A stretch of 29,288 nt of DNA from Oscillospiraceae bacterium (GCA_017420125.1 JAFOJR010000100.1:1-29288); one strand, 5' to 3'. Positions 7,914 to 16,793 are shown, numbered from the stretch's first letter. Translations and numbers: made by a program. Notes: a model not told the origin generated them from the letters alone.

Positions 7914-8437
7914 ACCTGCTGTTTTCTATGCTGGTTCCGCTGATCCTGGCTTTGGTGGCTCTGTTTGGCTTTCTCCGTAAAACGGATGTTTACGCTGCTT
8001 TCTCCGTCGGCGCAAAAGACGGGCTGCATCTGTTGACGCGGATTTTCCCTGCCCTGGTGGGACTGCTCACCGCCGTGTATATGCTGCGGGCTTCCGGACT
8101 GCTGACTCATTTGGAGCAGATTCTTGCTCCCGCCTTGTCTTTTTTGGGAATTCCACCGGAAACCGTGGCACTGATGCTGGTGCGCCCTGTATCCGGCAGC
8201 GGCGCCCTGGGCGTAGGCGCAGAATTAATTTCCACCTATGGCCCGGACTCCATCATTGGCCGCACAGCAGCTGTGATGCTGGGCTCTACGGAAACCACTT
8301 TCTATACAATTACCATTTATTTTGGCGCAGCGGGCATTTCCAAAACCCGTTACGCTATTCCCGCCGCGCTCTGCGCTGATTTTGCAGGTTTTTTGGCCGC
8401 CGCTTGGGCCGTTCGGCTGTTTTCTGCTCTCTCTTAA
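7910..8437 (+). CDS. spmB: Spore maturation protein B
   Basis: Y.AF..GAK.G, FPALVGLL.AV.MLRASG, L.RP.SGSG, GSTETTFYT...YFG. ATG 7910 with GGAGG, ATGA overlap with spmA. Confidence 0.95.
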   Translation: MNLLFSMLVPLILALVALFGFLRKTDVYAAFSVGAKDGLHLLTRIFPALVGLLTAVYMLRASGLLTHLEQILAPALSFLGIPPETVALMLVRPVSGSGALGVGAELISTYGPDSIIGRTAAVMLGSTETTFYTITIYFGAAGISKTRYAIPAALCADFAGFLAAAWAVRLFSALS

Positions 8438-8466
8438 TTCATACAGTGCATCAAATCTCCTCGCAG

Positions 8467-8504
8467 AAAAACCCTCTTCTGCCAATGGCAGAAGAGGGTT
8501 TTTT
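8467..8504. terminator. Bidirectional terminator between convergent spmB and ybaK
   Basis: AAAAACCCTCTTCTGCC-AAT-GGCAGAAGAGGGTTTTTT. Confidence 0.92.
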
Positions 8505-8979
8505 AAACCGTCAGCGGCGCAAAGGCCCCTTTGGTCACACGGACTAAATCCTGCGGTGCTAAGTCAATTTGATATCCGATTTTCCCTGCGCTGACAATAA
8601 TATTCTCTTGTTCTGCAGCTGTTTCATCAAAAAAAGTAGGGAACGATTTCTTCATCCCCACAGGAGAACAGCCGCCCCGCACATAACCGGTCACACGATT
8701 AATTTCCGCTACGGGAATCATTTCTACAGACTTGACTTTTGCGGCCTTTGCAGCTTTTTTCAAATCCAGCGTCTGGCAGACCGGGATCACAAAAACGTAA
8801 TACTGCCGGTCTGCTCCTTTGGTCACCAGCGTTTTAAACACTGTACGAACATCTTGGCCCAGAAGCGCTGCCACTGTTTCGCCGTCCACTGCCTCTTTGC
8901 CATGAGGATATGTATGAGCCTGATAAGGAATTTTTTCTTTTTCCAATATCCGCATTACATTTGTTTTAACCTCTGCCAC
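8503..8979 (-). CDS. ybaK: Cys-tRNA(Pro) deacylase, YbaK/EbsC family
   Basis: KTNVMRIL, VFKTLV, LDLKK.AKA, TGYVRGGCSPVGMKK, VSAGKIG.QI.L.P.DL; start GTG 8979 preferred. Confidence 0.93.
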   Translation of the reverse strand: MAEVKTNVMRILEKEKIPYQAHTYPHGKEAVDGETVAALLGQDVRTVFKTLVTKGADRQYYVFVIPVCQTLDLKKAAKAAKVKSVEMIPVAEINRVTGYVRGGCSPVGMKKSFPTFFDETAAEQENIIVSAGKIGYQIDLAPQDLVRVTKGAFAPLTV

Positions 8980-11164
8980 TGGAGACACCTTCTTCCTTGT
9001 CCCGTCTGTCCTGCGCTGCTTGCTTTATGGAGAGGGACAGCCGGTTCTTTTCCAAGTCTACCGCCAGCACCACCACATCCACAATTTCTCCCACCGAAAC
9101 CGCTTCCGACGGGTGGCGAACAAACCGGGTGGACAGTTCTGAAATATGCACCAATCCGTCCTGGTGCACACCCACGTCCACAAAAGCACCGAAATCCACT
9201 ACATTTCGCACAGTGCCTTTCATCTGCATCCCCGGCTTTAGATGCTTCATTTCCATCACATCGCTGCGCAGCATCGGCGGTGGGAGCTCATCCCGCGGGT
9301 CCCGCCCCGGTTTTGTCAGCTCCACGGCAATATCCCGCAGCGTGGGAACGCCTACTCCGCATTGGGCAGCAGTTTTCTCTGTTCCCAAAGTCTCCATCCT
9401 CGTCTGCAGGTCGCTGCATCGGCCAGCTTTTACATCCTCCAGGCCATACCCGCAAAGGGCCAGCAGGCGTTCTGCTACTTCATATGATTCCGGATGAACA
9501 CCGGTGTGATCCAAAATCTGATTGCTTTCCATAACCCGCAAAAAGCCGGCACACTGCAAAAACGCCTTTGGTCCCAGCTTCGGCACTTTTAAGAGCTGCT
9601 TCCGATTGGAAAAAGCTCCGTTTTCTTCCCGATAGGCCACAATGTTTTTGGCAGTTGCGGTTGTCAGCCCCGCAACATGCCGCAGCAGAGACTGAGATGC
9701 AGTATTTAAATCCACACCTACCTGATTGACACAGCTCTCCACCACGCCGTTCAGTGTTTCGTCCAGCTGTTTCTGGGGTAAATCATGTTGATACTGCCCT
9801 ACACCAATGGCTTTGGGATCGATTTTTACCAATTCTGCCAGAGGGTCCTGCAATCGCCGGGCAATTGATACAGCACTGCGCAGCGAAACGTCATAATCCG
9901 GGAACTCTTCTGCTGCCAGCTTGGAAGCGGAATAAACCGAAGCGCCGGCTTCGCTGACCACCATGTATGACACCGGCTGGTTCAATTCCTTCAGCAAATC
10001 GGCCACAAAACGTTCCGACTCCTTGGAGGCCGTCCCGTTGCCAATGGCAATCACCTCCACTCGGTGGTTCTCGATCAAGTACTTTGTTTTTTTCGCTGCT
10101 TCCTGAATCTTGTTGTGCGGCGGTGTGGGATAGATAACGTCTGTAGCCAGGACTTTCCCTGTTTCGTCTACAACTGCCAGCTTACATCCGGTGCGGTATG
10201 CCGGGTCCAGTCCTAAGGCACGTTTTCCTTTCACCGGCGGCTGCATCAGCAGGGGCTTTAAATTCAGCGCAAACACGTGAATAGCACCTTCACTGGCCTG
10301 CTCTGTTAACAGATTGCGGATTTCCCGTTCCAAAGACGGAAACATCAAACGGCTCCAGGCATCTTCTGCCGCAGCCTTGACCAGATCAGCGCCAAAGCCG
10401 CCTGGTTTTCCTATCCGTTGCCAGATTAAATGGCGGGCCTGCTCTTCCTCCACAGAAAGGCTGCATTTTAAAAACCCTTCTCGTTCTCCTCGGTTGATGG
10501 CTAAAATCTGATGACCCTGCAATTTGGAAACCGACTGTTGAAAATCATAATACAACCGATAAACAGAATCCTCTTCTCCGGTTGCTTTGGAGAGCAGCAT
10601 ACCTCGTGTCCACAAAAAAGCACGAAGCAGCTTTCGAATGGCCGCATCTTCCGAAATCCATTCTGCCATAATATCCGATGCGCCGGCCAGAGCCGCCTGT
10701 GCGTCCGGCACTTCCAATGCCTCGTCCACAAATTCCGAGGCGGCAGCAAGAGGCGTTCCCGTCTCTTTCCCCTGAGCAAAGATGCGCCGGGCCAACGGTT
10801 CCAGCCCCCGTTCCCTGGCAATGGACGCCCGGGTACGCCGTTTCTGCTTATACGGACGGTATAAATCTTCCACTTCGGCCAAAGTGGCCGCTTTTTCAAT
10901 GGCTTGGGCCAATTCTTCCGTCAGCTTGCCCTGCCCCTCAATGGCAGTTTTTACTTCTTCCCGCCGTGCCTGCAAATTACGCAGATAGCCCAGCCGTTCC
11001 ACCAGCGTCCGGATGGTCTGATCATCCATGGCGCCGTGAAGTTCTTTCCGATAACGGGCAATGAAGGGAATCGTATTCCCTTCATCAATCAGTTGTATTA
11101 CGTTTTTAACATGTTCCGGCTTTTGCCCCAGTTCCGCTGCCAAAACAGCAACCAAGTGTTCCAT
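8966..11164 (-). CDS. tex: Tex-family RNA-binding transcription accessory protein (YqgF-like, HhH and S1 domains)
   Basis: GNTIPFIARYRKE, LYRPYKQKRRTRA, GLDPAYRTGCK, IAIGNGTAS.ES, SEAGASVYSAS, RRLQDPLAELVKIDPK.IGVGQYQHD, NVVDFGAFVDVGVHQDGLVHIS. ATG 11164 has SD AAGGGG. Confidence 0.96.
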   Translation of the reverse strand: MEHLVAVLAAELGQKPEHVKNVIQLIDEGNTIPFIARYRKELHGAMDDQTIRTLVERLGYLRNLQARREEVKTAIEGQGKLTEELAQAIEKAATLAEVEDLYRPYKQKRRTRASIARERGLEPLARRIFAQGKETGTPLAAASEFVDEALEVPDAQAALAGASDIMAEWISEDAAIRKLLRAFLWTRGMLLSKATGEEDSVYRLYYDFQQSVSKLQGHQILAINRGEREGFLKCSLSVEEEQARHLIWQRIGKPGGFGADLVKAAAEDAWSRLMFPSLEREIRNLLTEQASEGAIHVFALNLKPLLMQPPVKGKRALGLDPAYRTGCKLAVVDETGKVLATDVIYPTPPHNKIQEAAKKTKYLIENHRVEVIAIGNGTASKESERFVADLLKELNQPVSYMVVSEAGASVYSASKLAAEEFPDYDVSLRSAVSIARRLQDPLAELVKIDPKAIGVGQYQHDLPQKQLDETLNGVVESCVNQVGVDLNTASQSLLRHVAGLTTATAKNIVAYREENGAFSNRKQLLKVPKLGPKAFLQCAGFLRVMESNQILDHTGVHPESYEVAERLLALCGYGLEDVKAGRCSDLQTRMETLGTEKTAAQCGVGVPTLRDIAVELTKPGRDPRDELPPPMLRSDVMEMKHLKPGMQMKGTVRNVVDFGAFVDVGVHQDGLVHISELSTRFVRHPSEAVSVGEIVDVVVLAVDLEKNRLSLSIKQAAQDRRDKEEGVSSGRG

Positions 11165-11201
11165 TCTATATCCCTTTCCCTGCACCGTTTTCCGTATGTG
11201 C

Positions 11202-11609
11202 TCATTCACTAAAGGAAATATGGTCTATGCCGTGCTGTTCAAATTCCACAATGTAATCGTCAATCCGGCTGGCCAGTTCTTCCAGGCTGTTCGGATCGCT
11301 GGATTCTTCCAGCATGTCTCTCCGGGCCAGTTCCTCTGCCAGAATCTCAAAAAACGCTGTATTTTCATAATCCAAAATCGCTTCATGGATTCCGCCTTCT
11401 ACAAACGCCCGAGAAGGCACCACCTCTCTGCCACAGGTTTCCGACAGGATCGGCATCCCTTGGGCTGCAGCTTGAGCAAACAAAAGGCTTTCCACCTCAT
11501 CATAGTCCTGAAACCGGTCATTGCCTCGAATCGAATTTAAAATCCAGTTTCCAATATACACCATGTCCAAAAGCCGTCGATATTGTTTTTTCGTCAGTTT
11601 GAGCTCCAT
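11202..11609 (-). CDS. Hypothetical acidic protein (135 aa)
   Basis: SD AGGAGG before ATG, protein-like composition, co-oriented between galU and tex; no function recognised. Confidence 0.85.
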   Translation of the reverse strand: MELKLTKKQYRRLLDMVYIGNWILNSIRGNDRFQDYDEVESLLFAQAAAQGMPILSETCGREVVPSRAFVEGGIHEAILDYENTAFFEILAEELARRDMLEESSDPNSLEELASRIDDYIVEFEQHGIDHISFSE

Positions 11610-11678
11610 TGCCGCCCTCCTTATGACCTATGATTCAATAAAAAATAAATGCTTTTTCTGCCATATTGATGCCCGTTT

Positions 11679-12548
11679 TTACTTTTGTCCAGCCCTTTCT
11701 TTCAGATAAGCTTCCAGCCAAGGACCGGTTTCCGGATCCCGGGCGGAAAACTCCAAAGTGGCTTCTAAAAATCCAATGGGATTCCCTGTATCATAGCGAC
11801 GCCCTTCAAAATCCACCGCTACCATAGGGGATCTGAGGCAAAGCTGCTGCAGTGCATCCGTCAGCTGAATTTCCCCACCGTACCCCGGTTTCAGATTCTC
11901 GATGATGTCAAACACATCCGGCGTCAAAACATATCGGCCCAAAATAGCATAATTGGAAAACGCCTGCCCCGGACCCGGCTTTTCGATCATATCGGTAGCA
12001 CGAAATACCTTTTCCTCCAGCGGCTCTACCTTTACAGAGGAATAGCGGGACAGCGCTTGATCCGAAACTTTCTGTACACCGAGGGCCGAAGCCTCATACC
12101 GTTCTGCCGCATCAATCAACTGGCGCAGCACCGGCGTCTCGGCCTGCATAATATCGTCTCCCAACAAAACAGCAAAAGGTTCATTCCCCACAAAACCTCG
12201 GGCCTTGCCCACGGCGTGGCCCAACCCTTTTGCTTCTTTTTGCCGAATAAAGTAAAAATTGGCCAAATCGGCAGGATTATGTACTTGTGCCAACTCTTTT
12301 GCTTTTCCCGAATTGGCCAGTTTCCCTTCCAGATCGGGGTGATAGTCGAAATAATCATCAATGGCTGATTTCCCGCGATTTGTAATGATTAAAATATCTT
12401 CAATCCCGGATGCCACTGCTTCTTCTATAATATATTGGAGTACCGGCTTGCCTGCCAGATACAGCAGTTCTTTCGGCACGCTTTTTGTCACTGGGAGCAT
12501 CCGTGTCCCCCAGCCGGCGGCAGGTATCACCGCTTTTTTTACTTTCAT
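11679..12548 (-). CDS. galU: UTP--glucose-1-phosphate uridylyltransferase
   Basis: KAVIPAAGWGTRMLP.TK..PKELL, RQKE.KGLGHAV, FAVLLGDD, EKP, GRYVLTP, GGEIQLTDA, RYDTGN; SD GAGGAG. Confidence 0.96.
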   Translation of the reverse strand: MKVKKAVIPAAGWGTRMLPVTKSVPKELLYLAGKPVLQYIIEEAVASGIEDILIITNRGKSAIDDYFDYHPDLEGKLANSGKAKELAQVHNPADLANFYFIRQKEAKGLGHAVGKARGFVGNEPFAVLLGDDIMQAETPVLRQLIDAAERYEASALGVQKVSDQALSRYSSVKVEPLEEKVFRATDMIEKPGPGQAFSNYAILGRYVLTPDVFDIIENLKPGYGGEIQLTDALQQLCLRSPMVAVDFEGRRYDTGNPIGFLEATLEFSARDPETGPWLEAYLKERAGQK

Positions 12549-12554
12549 TTTCGT

Positions 12555-12791
12555 TTACTCCTCTCCTGCACCGCTTTGCAGTTGGTCCATTTGGCGGAAT
12601 CTCTTCCGCGCCGATCCAAACATCGTTCGAAACTGCTGGGATATTGCCAGCTGCAGCAGCATCAAAAGCAACAGCAAGCCCAATACATAGCAGGCAAGCA
12701 CTTCACCCACTGTCACTTGGGGTCTGTTGAGCCTGAAAGCGGCCGTGAAATTCTCCGGTATGGTAACATGGGAAAGGACCACATCTATCAT
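12555..12791 (-). CDS. Small putative membrane protein, true start uncertain (frame stays open to 12923)
   Basis: Hydrophobic segment VLACYVLGLLLLLMLLQLAI followed by basic residues; stop abuts the galU SD; ATG 12791 has no good SD. Confidence 0.5.
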   Translation of the reverse strand: MIDVVLSHVTIPENFTAAFRLNRPQVTVGEVLACYVLGLLLLLMLLQLAISQQFRTMFGSARKRFRQMDQLQSGAGEE

Positions 12792-13055
12792 CAGTCCGTT
12801 GAAACCCGCTGGTGCCAGTGGCGCCGCCTTTTTACCCGCAGCCGTGATGTGCAGAACGCCGCCAAAAACGCAACCAAAAATCCAAATACAATGTCTGAAA
12901 CGCCATATCTGCCGATCCCGTCGTCAAAATGCACTTCACAAACAATCTCCTGCGGCACACGGAAAATAAAGCGGAAGAACGCAGAACACTTCCGAAACAC
13001 GGCTGTGAAAGTGCGGTTCCTTCCCTTTGATCTCCCCTGCGGGATTCTGGTGCTC

Positions 13056-13064
13056 ATTTTACCA
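13056..13064 (-). promoter_or_regulatory. Extended -10 promoter candidate upstream of the galU cluster
   Basis: TG-G-TAAAAT; -35 poor. Confidence 0.45.
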
Positions 13065-13153
13065 CGGTCATGCGGAAAAATCCACCCTTTCTTTTCTACT
13101 GTTCAAAATAGGAACAAGCCCTTTCTGAAATGCTTTTTCCTTTTCAAATACTT

Positions 13154-13193
13154 GCAAAGGCATGCCTTCCCAAATGGGCAGGCATGCCCTTGC
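13154..13193 (-). terminator. Stable hairpin after hsp20
   Basis: GCAAGGGCATGCCT/AGGCATGCCTTTGC (G-U on the minus strand) 9 nt after the stop; weak U-tract. Confidence 0.65.
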
Positions 13194-13202
13194 GCGGTTC
13201 AC

Positions 13203-13628
13203 CTACTGGACTTCAATCTGTCTTGCGGGGCTTTTGGGTTCTTCTGCGGTTTTTGGCAGCCGAACCTCCAAAATGCCGTTCTGATACAAGGCTGTAATCT
13301 GATCAGTGTTGATGCCATCTAAACTGAAACTGCGGGAAAAAGAACCACTTTTTCGTTCTCTGCGGATAAAATGCTTTCCTTTTTGTTCCTGCTCCACAGC
13401 ATGTTTTGCCTGGATGGTCAAGCATCCTTCTTCTACATGGAGTTGGATATCCTTCTTTTCAAAGCCCGGCAGCTCTGCCTGAAGCGCAAAAGAAGTTTCG
13501 TCCTCCATAACATCCGTCCGAAAGCGGGTAAATTCCTCCGTTAGCGTGCCCCACAAATTCTGCTCCATGCGGTCCAAATAGCGGAACAGGTTCTTTTCCT
13601 CCCGATCCACTGGGATCAGTCCATACAT
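13203..13628 (-). CDS. Small heat-shock protein, Hsp20/alpha-crystallin family
   Basis: TDV.E......LQAELPGFEKKDI.L....G.LTI, RRER..GSFSRSF.L, I.A.YQNGILEVRLPK. ATG 13628 has SD AGGAGGAGG. Confidence 0.95.
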   Translation of the reverse strand: MYGLIPVDREEKNLFRYLDRMEQNLWGTLTEEFTRFRTDVMEDETSFALQAELPGFEKKDIQLHVEEGCLTIQAKHAVEQEQKGKHFIRRERKSGSFSRSFSLDGINTDQITALYQNGILEVRLPKTAEEPKSPARQIEVQ

Positions 13629-13815
13629 TCTGTTGCCTCCTCCTAACATTAAAGTAAAATGGAAATGATCATTCCCCATTTTCATCATCTCCTGCTTCTC
13701 TCTTTTTTATGAATACCAAATTATACGAATGCTTTTTGGCATATTTTTTATAATCTCTTTCCATAATATTGAAAAAAGCGGTTCCTTTTCTCAAATTTTT
13801 TGGTATACTAACAAT

Positions 13816-14709
13816 ATGGAATACTATAAAGCGAGAAATACTATGAATTTATGTAATCGTTCCGATGTGCAGGCATTGTTGGCTCGTCATGGGTTTCGGT
13901 TTTCCAAATCCATGGGACAAAACTTCCTGATGGACGCCGCTGTCCCCGTCCGCATTGCTGAAGCTGCCGGGCTTTCCTCTTCTGTAGGGGTGTTGGAAAT
14001 CGGACCCGGTATCGGTGCGCTGACTGTGGAGTTGACGCAGCGGGCCGGGCGGGTAACCGCAGTGGAGCTGGACCGGGCGCTTCTCCCCCTTTTGGCGGAA
14101 ACGTTGGCACCGTATCCGAATACGGATGTAATCCATGGGAACATCCTTCAGCAGGATTTGCGGGAATTGATCGCCCGTGTTTTCCCCGGCCTTACACCGG
14201 TGGTCTGTGCCAATCTGCCCTATAACATTACTTCCCCCGTTTTGACGCACCTGATCGAGGCGGACTGTTTTCGCCGCATCACGGTGATGGTTCAACGCGA
14301 GGTGGCCTTGCGGATTTGTGCTGCACCCGGCACTGCGGATTATGGCGCATTTTCTGTTTATATGCAGTATCATATGCAGCCGGAACTTTTGTTTGATGTC
14401 CCGCCGGAGTCTTTTCTGCCGGCCCCAAAAGTAACATCTTCTGTCATCACTATGACACCTTATGAAACAAAGCCTGTTTCTGTGCAGAACGAAACGCTGT
14501 TTTTCCGGGTGGTAAAAGCAGCTTTCGGCCAACGGCGCAAAACCTTGCCTAATGCTTTGCTTGCCGCTTTTGGCGGACAACTTACAAAATCAGACCTGCA
14601 GCAGATTTTATCTGCCTGCGGTCTTCCGCTGGATATTCGCGGCGAGCGTTTGGACCTTGCTGCCTTTGCTGCCGTGACGGAGCAAATTCAATCTGCACTC
14701 TCTGTTTAG
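13816..14709 (+). CDS. rsmA: 16S rRNA m6,2A1518/1519 dimethyltransferase
   Basis: SKSMGQNFL, VLEIGPGIGALT, AVELD, ANLPYNITSP, MVQREVA.R..A.PG...YG.FS, F.PAPKV.S, AFGQRRKTL.NAL, RGE.L. Start is ATG 13816 (possibly leaderless) or ATG 13843. Confidence 0.96.
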   Translation: MEYYKARNTMNLCNRSDVQALLARHGFRFSKSMGQNFLMDAAVPVRIAEAAGLSSSVGVLEIGPGIGALTVELTQRAGRVTAVELDRALLPLLAETLAPYPNTDVIHGNILQQDLRELIARVFPGLTPVVCANLPYNITSPVLTHLIEADCFRRITVMVQREVALRICAAPGTADYGAFSVYMQYHMQPELLFDVPPESFLPAPKVTSSVITMTPYETKPVSVQNETLFFRVVKAAFGQRRKTLPNALLAAFGGQLTKSDLQQILSACGLPLDIRGERLDLAAFAAVTEQIQSALSV

Positions 14710-14807
14710 CACCACCTGCTTTTTCTGCGGACAAAAAGTCAAAATATCACAGCTAATCTTTATATTTCAGTTCATGAAATTATGGTATAAAAATGAGGAG
14801 GACCATT

Positions 14808-16577
14808 ATGACCTTAACGGAAAATCAGTCTTTAATCGACTGGGTAAATGAAATCGCAGCCCGCACCAAGCCTGACCAGGTTGTCTGGATTGACGGCACC
14901 AACGAACAATTGGAAACGCTTCGTACCATCGGCTGCTCCACCGGAGAACTCTACAAACTGGACGAAACACTGCATCCTGGTTGTTTCCTCCACCGCACTG
15001 CTCAAAACGACGTGGCGCGGGTAGAAGGACGTACTTTCATTTGCTGCAAGAACGAAAAAGACGCCGGACCCACCAATAACTGGATGGCGCCGGATGAAAT
15101 GTATAAAAAACTGTACGCGCTGTATGAAGGCGCTATGAAGGGCCGGACCATGTATGTCATCCCCTATTCTATGGGTGTCATTGGCTCTCCTTTTGCCAAA
15201 TACGGCATTGAAATCACGGACTCGATTTACGTTGTCCTCAGCATGGCTATCATGACCCGGGTGGGTAAATCCGTGTTGGATGCACTGGGTCAGTCCATCG
15301 ATTACATCAAAGGCGTTCATTCTTTGGCACAGCTCAATGAGCAGGAACGATACATTGCCCATTTCCCAGAAGACAACACCATCATGTCGGTCAATTCCGG
15401 TTACGGCGGCAACGTGTTGCTGGGTAAAAAATGCTTTGCCCTGCGCATCGCTTCCTATTTAGGCAAAAATGAAGGCTGGATGGCCGAACATATGCTGATC
15501 CTGGGTATCCAGAATCCCAAAGGAGAGGTCCGGTATTTGTCCGCAGCCTTCCCTTCTGCCTGCGGTAAGACAAACCTCGCCATGCTCATCCCACCGGAGG
15601 GATATCAGAAAAAAGGCTGGAAGGTCTGGTGTGTCGGCGACGACATCGCCTGGATCCGCATTGGTGAAGACGGCCGGCTCTGGGCCATGAACCCAGAATA
15701 TGGCTTTTTCGGCGTGGCTCCCGGCACCAACGCCCGTTCCAATCCCAACGCATTGGCTGCCACAACAAAGGGCACAATTTTCACCAACGTGGTACATGAT
15801 CTGGATAACAATACGGTCTGGTGGGAAGGCCTTAGCGACACGCCGCCTCAGAACGCACTGGACTGGACCGGGAAACCTTGGAACGCCTCTATGGGGGTCA
15901 AAGGCGCCCACCCCAACTCCCGTTTTACTGCACCGGCGAAAAACTGTCCCTGTATTTCCCCGGAATTTGAAGCGCCCCAAGGGGTTCCTTTGTCTGCTAT
16001 TGTATTCGGCGGACGGCGAGCCAAAACTGCACCCTTGGTATATCAGTCCAGAAACTGGATACACGGCGTCTTCGTAGGTTCCATCATGGCTTCGGAAACC
16101 ACCGCTGCTGCCACCGGCGCCGTAGGTGTTGTCCGTCGTGACCCCATGGCTATGCTCCCCTTCTGCGGCTATAATATGGGAGACTACTGGCAGCATTGGC
16201 TGGACATGGGCGATAAAATTGAAAACAAACCGAAAATTTTCAATGTCAATTGGTTCCGTACCGATGAGGATGGTCACTTTATCTGGCCAGGCTTTGGAGA
16301 TAATCTGCGGGTGTTGGAATGGATTATGAGACGCTGCTTTGATGAAGTAGACGCCAGAGAAACAGAAATTGGCTTCCTGCCCTATCCGGAAGACATTAAC
16401 CTGGAGGATCTGACGATTTCCAAGGATACACTGGCCGGTCTTCTGGCTGTGGATCGTCCTCTCTGGCAGAAAGAGGTGGACAGCATCTCGGAGTTCTATC
16501 AGATATTTGGCGATACACTCCCCGATGCATTGAAAGCAGAACTGCATACCCTAAAACGTAATCTGGGCCAGGAGTAA
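14808..16577 (+). CDS. pckG: Phosphoenolpyruvate carboxykinase (GTP)
   Basis: DVARVE.RTFIC, YGGN.LLGKKCFALRIAS, WMAEHMLILG, AAFPSACGKTNLAM, VGDDIAW, NPE.GFFGVAPGT, AHPNSRF, RRDPMAMLPFCGYNMGDY, WPGFG.N.RVL.W. ATG 14808 follows SD GAGGAGG. Confidence 0.97.
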   Translation: MTLTENQSLIDWVNEIAARTKPDQVVWIDGTNEQLETLRTIGCSTGELYKLDETLHPGCFLHRTAQNDVARVEGRTFICCKNEKDAGPTNNWMAPDEMYKKLYALYEGAMKGRTMYVIPYSMGVIGSPFAKYGIEITDSIYVVLSMAIMTRVGKSVLDALGQSIDYIKGVHSLAQLNEQERYIAHFPEDNTIMSVNSGYGGNVLLGKKCFALRIASYLGKNEGWMAEHMLILGIQNPKGEVRYLSAAFPSACGKTNLAMLIPPEGYQKKGWKVWCVGDDIAWIRIGEDGRLWAMNPEYGFFGVAPGTNARSNPNALAATTKGTIFTNVVHDLDNNTVWWEGLSDTPPQNALDWTGKPWNASMGVKGAHPNSRFTAPAKNCPCISPEFEAPQGVPLSAIVFGGRRAKTAPLVYQSRNWIHGVFVGSIMASETTAAATGAVGVVRRDPMAMLPFCGYNMGDYWQHWLDMGDKIENKPKIFNVNWFRTDEDGHFIWPGFGDNLRVLEWIMRRCFDEVDARETEIGFLPYPEDINLEDLTISKDTLAGLLAVDRPLWQKEVDSISEFYQIFGDTLPDALKAELHTLKRNLGQE

Positions 16578-16625
16578 CCGCTCTTCCCCAGAGCAGAATC
16601 TGATCAGTCGATTCAGTTAAACAGA

Positions 16626-16670
16626 CGGACGCAGCAGGACATCCCTTCCCTCTGCGTCCGCTTTTCTCTT
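16626..16670 (+). terminator. Terminator after pckG
   Basis: CGGACGCAG/CTGCGTCCG stem followed by CTTTTCTCTT. Confidence 0.75.
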
Positions 16671-16793
16671 TCCATCAGTGCCTGTGAAACCGTCTCTTAT
16701 CCTTTGGGAAAGCCATCTTTTTTAAAGGGCAAATCCCTTGCAGGGCAGATTACACCGATTCTTTTTCCCCATTTCGGGAAAACGAAGTCATGA

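Noticed and set aside
12832-12939. Resemblance of this 35-aa ORF to the purC uORF (both start MKC and contain HHG)
   Set aside because: No alignable sequence between those words; probably coincidence.
12791-13057. 88-aa ORF with a QueT-like segment GVSDIVFGFLVAFLAA
   Set aside because: Its ATG overlaps the predicted -10, it has no SD, the similarity is one short hydrophobic stretch, and no preQ1 riboswitch is seen.
16680-16785. Short hairpins and a GGCAAA word between pckG and the spt-like promoter, resembling a c-di-GMP-I riboswitch
   Set aside because: The GNRA tetraloop/receptor and GCAAAG...GGCCUAA elements are missing, and the region is upstream of the promoter.
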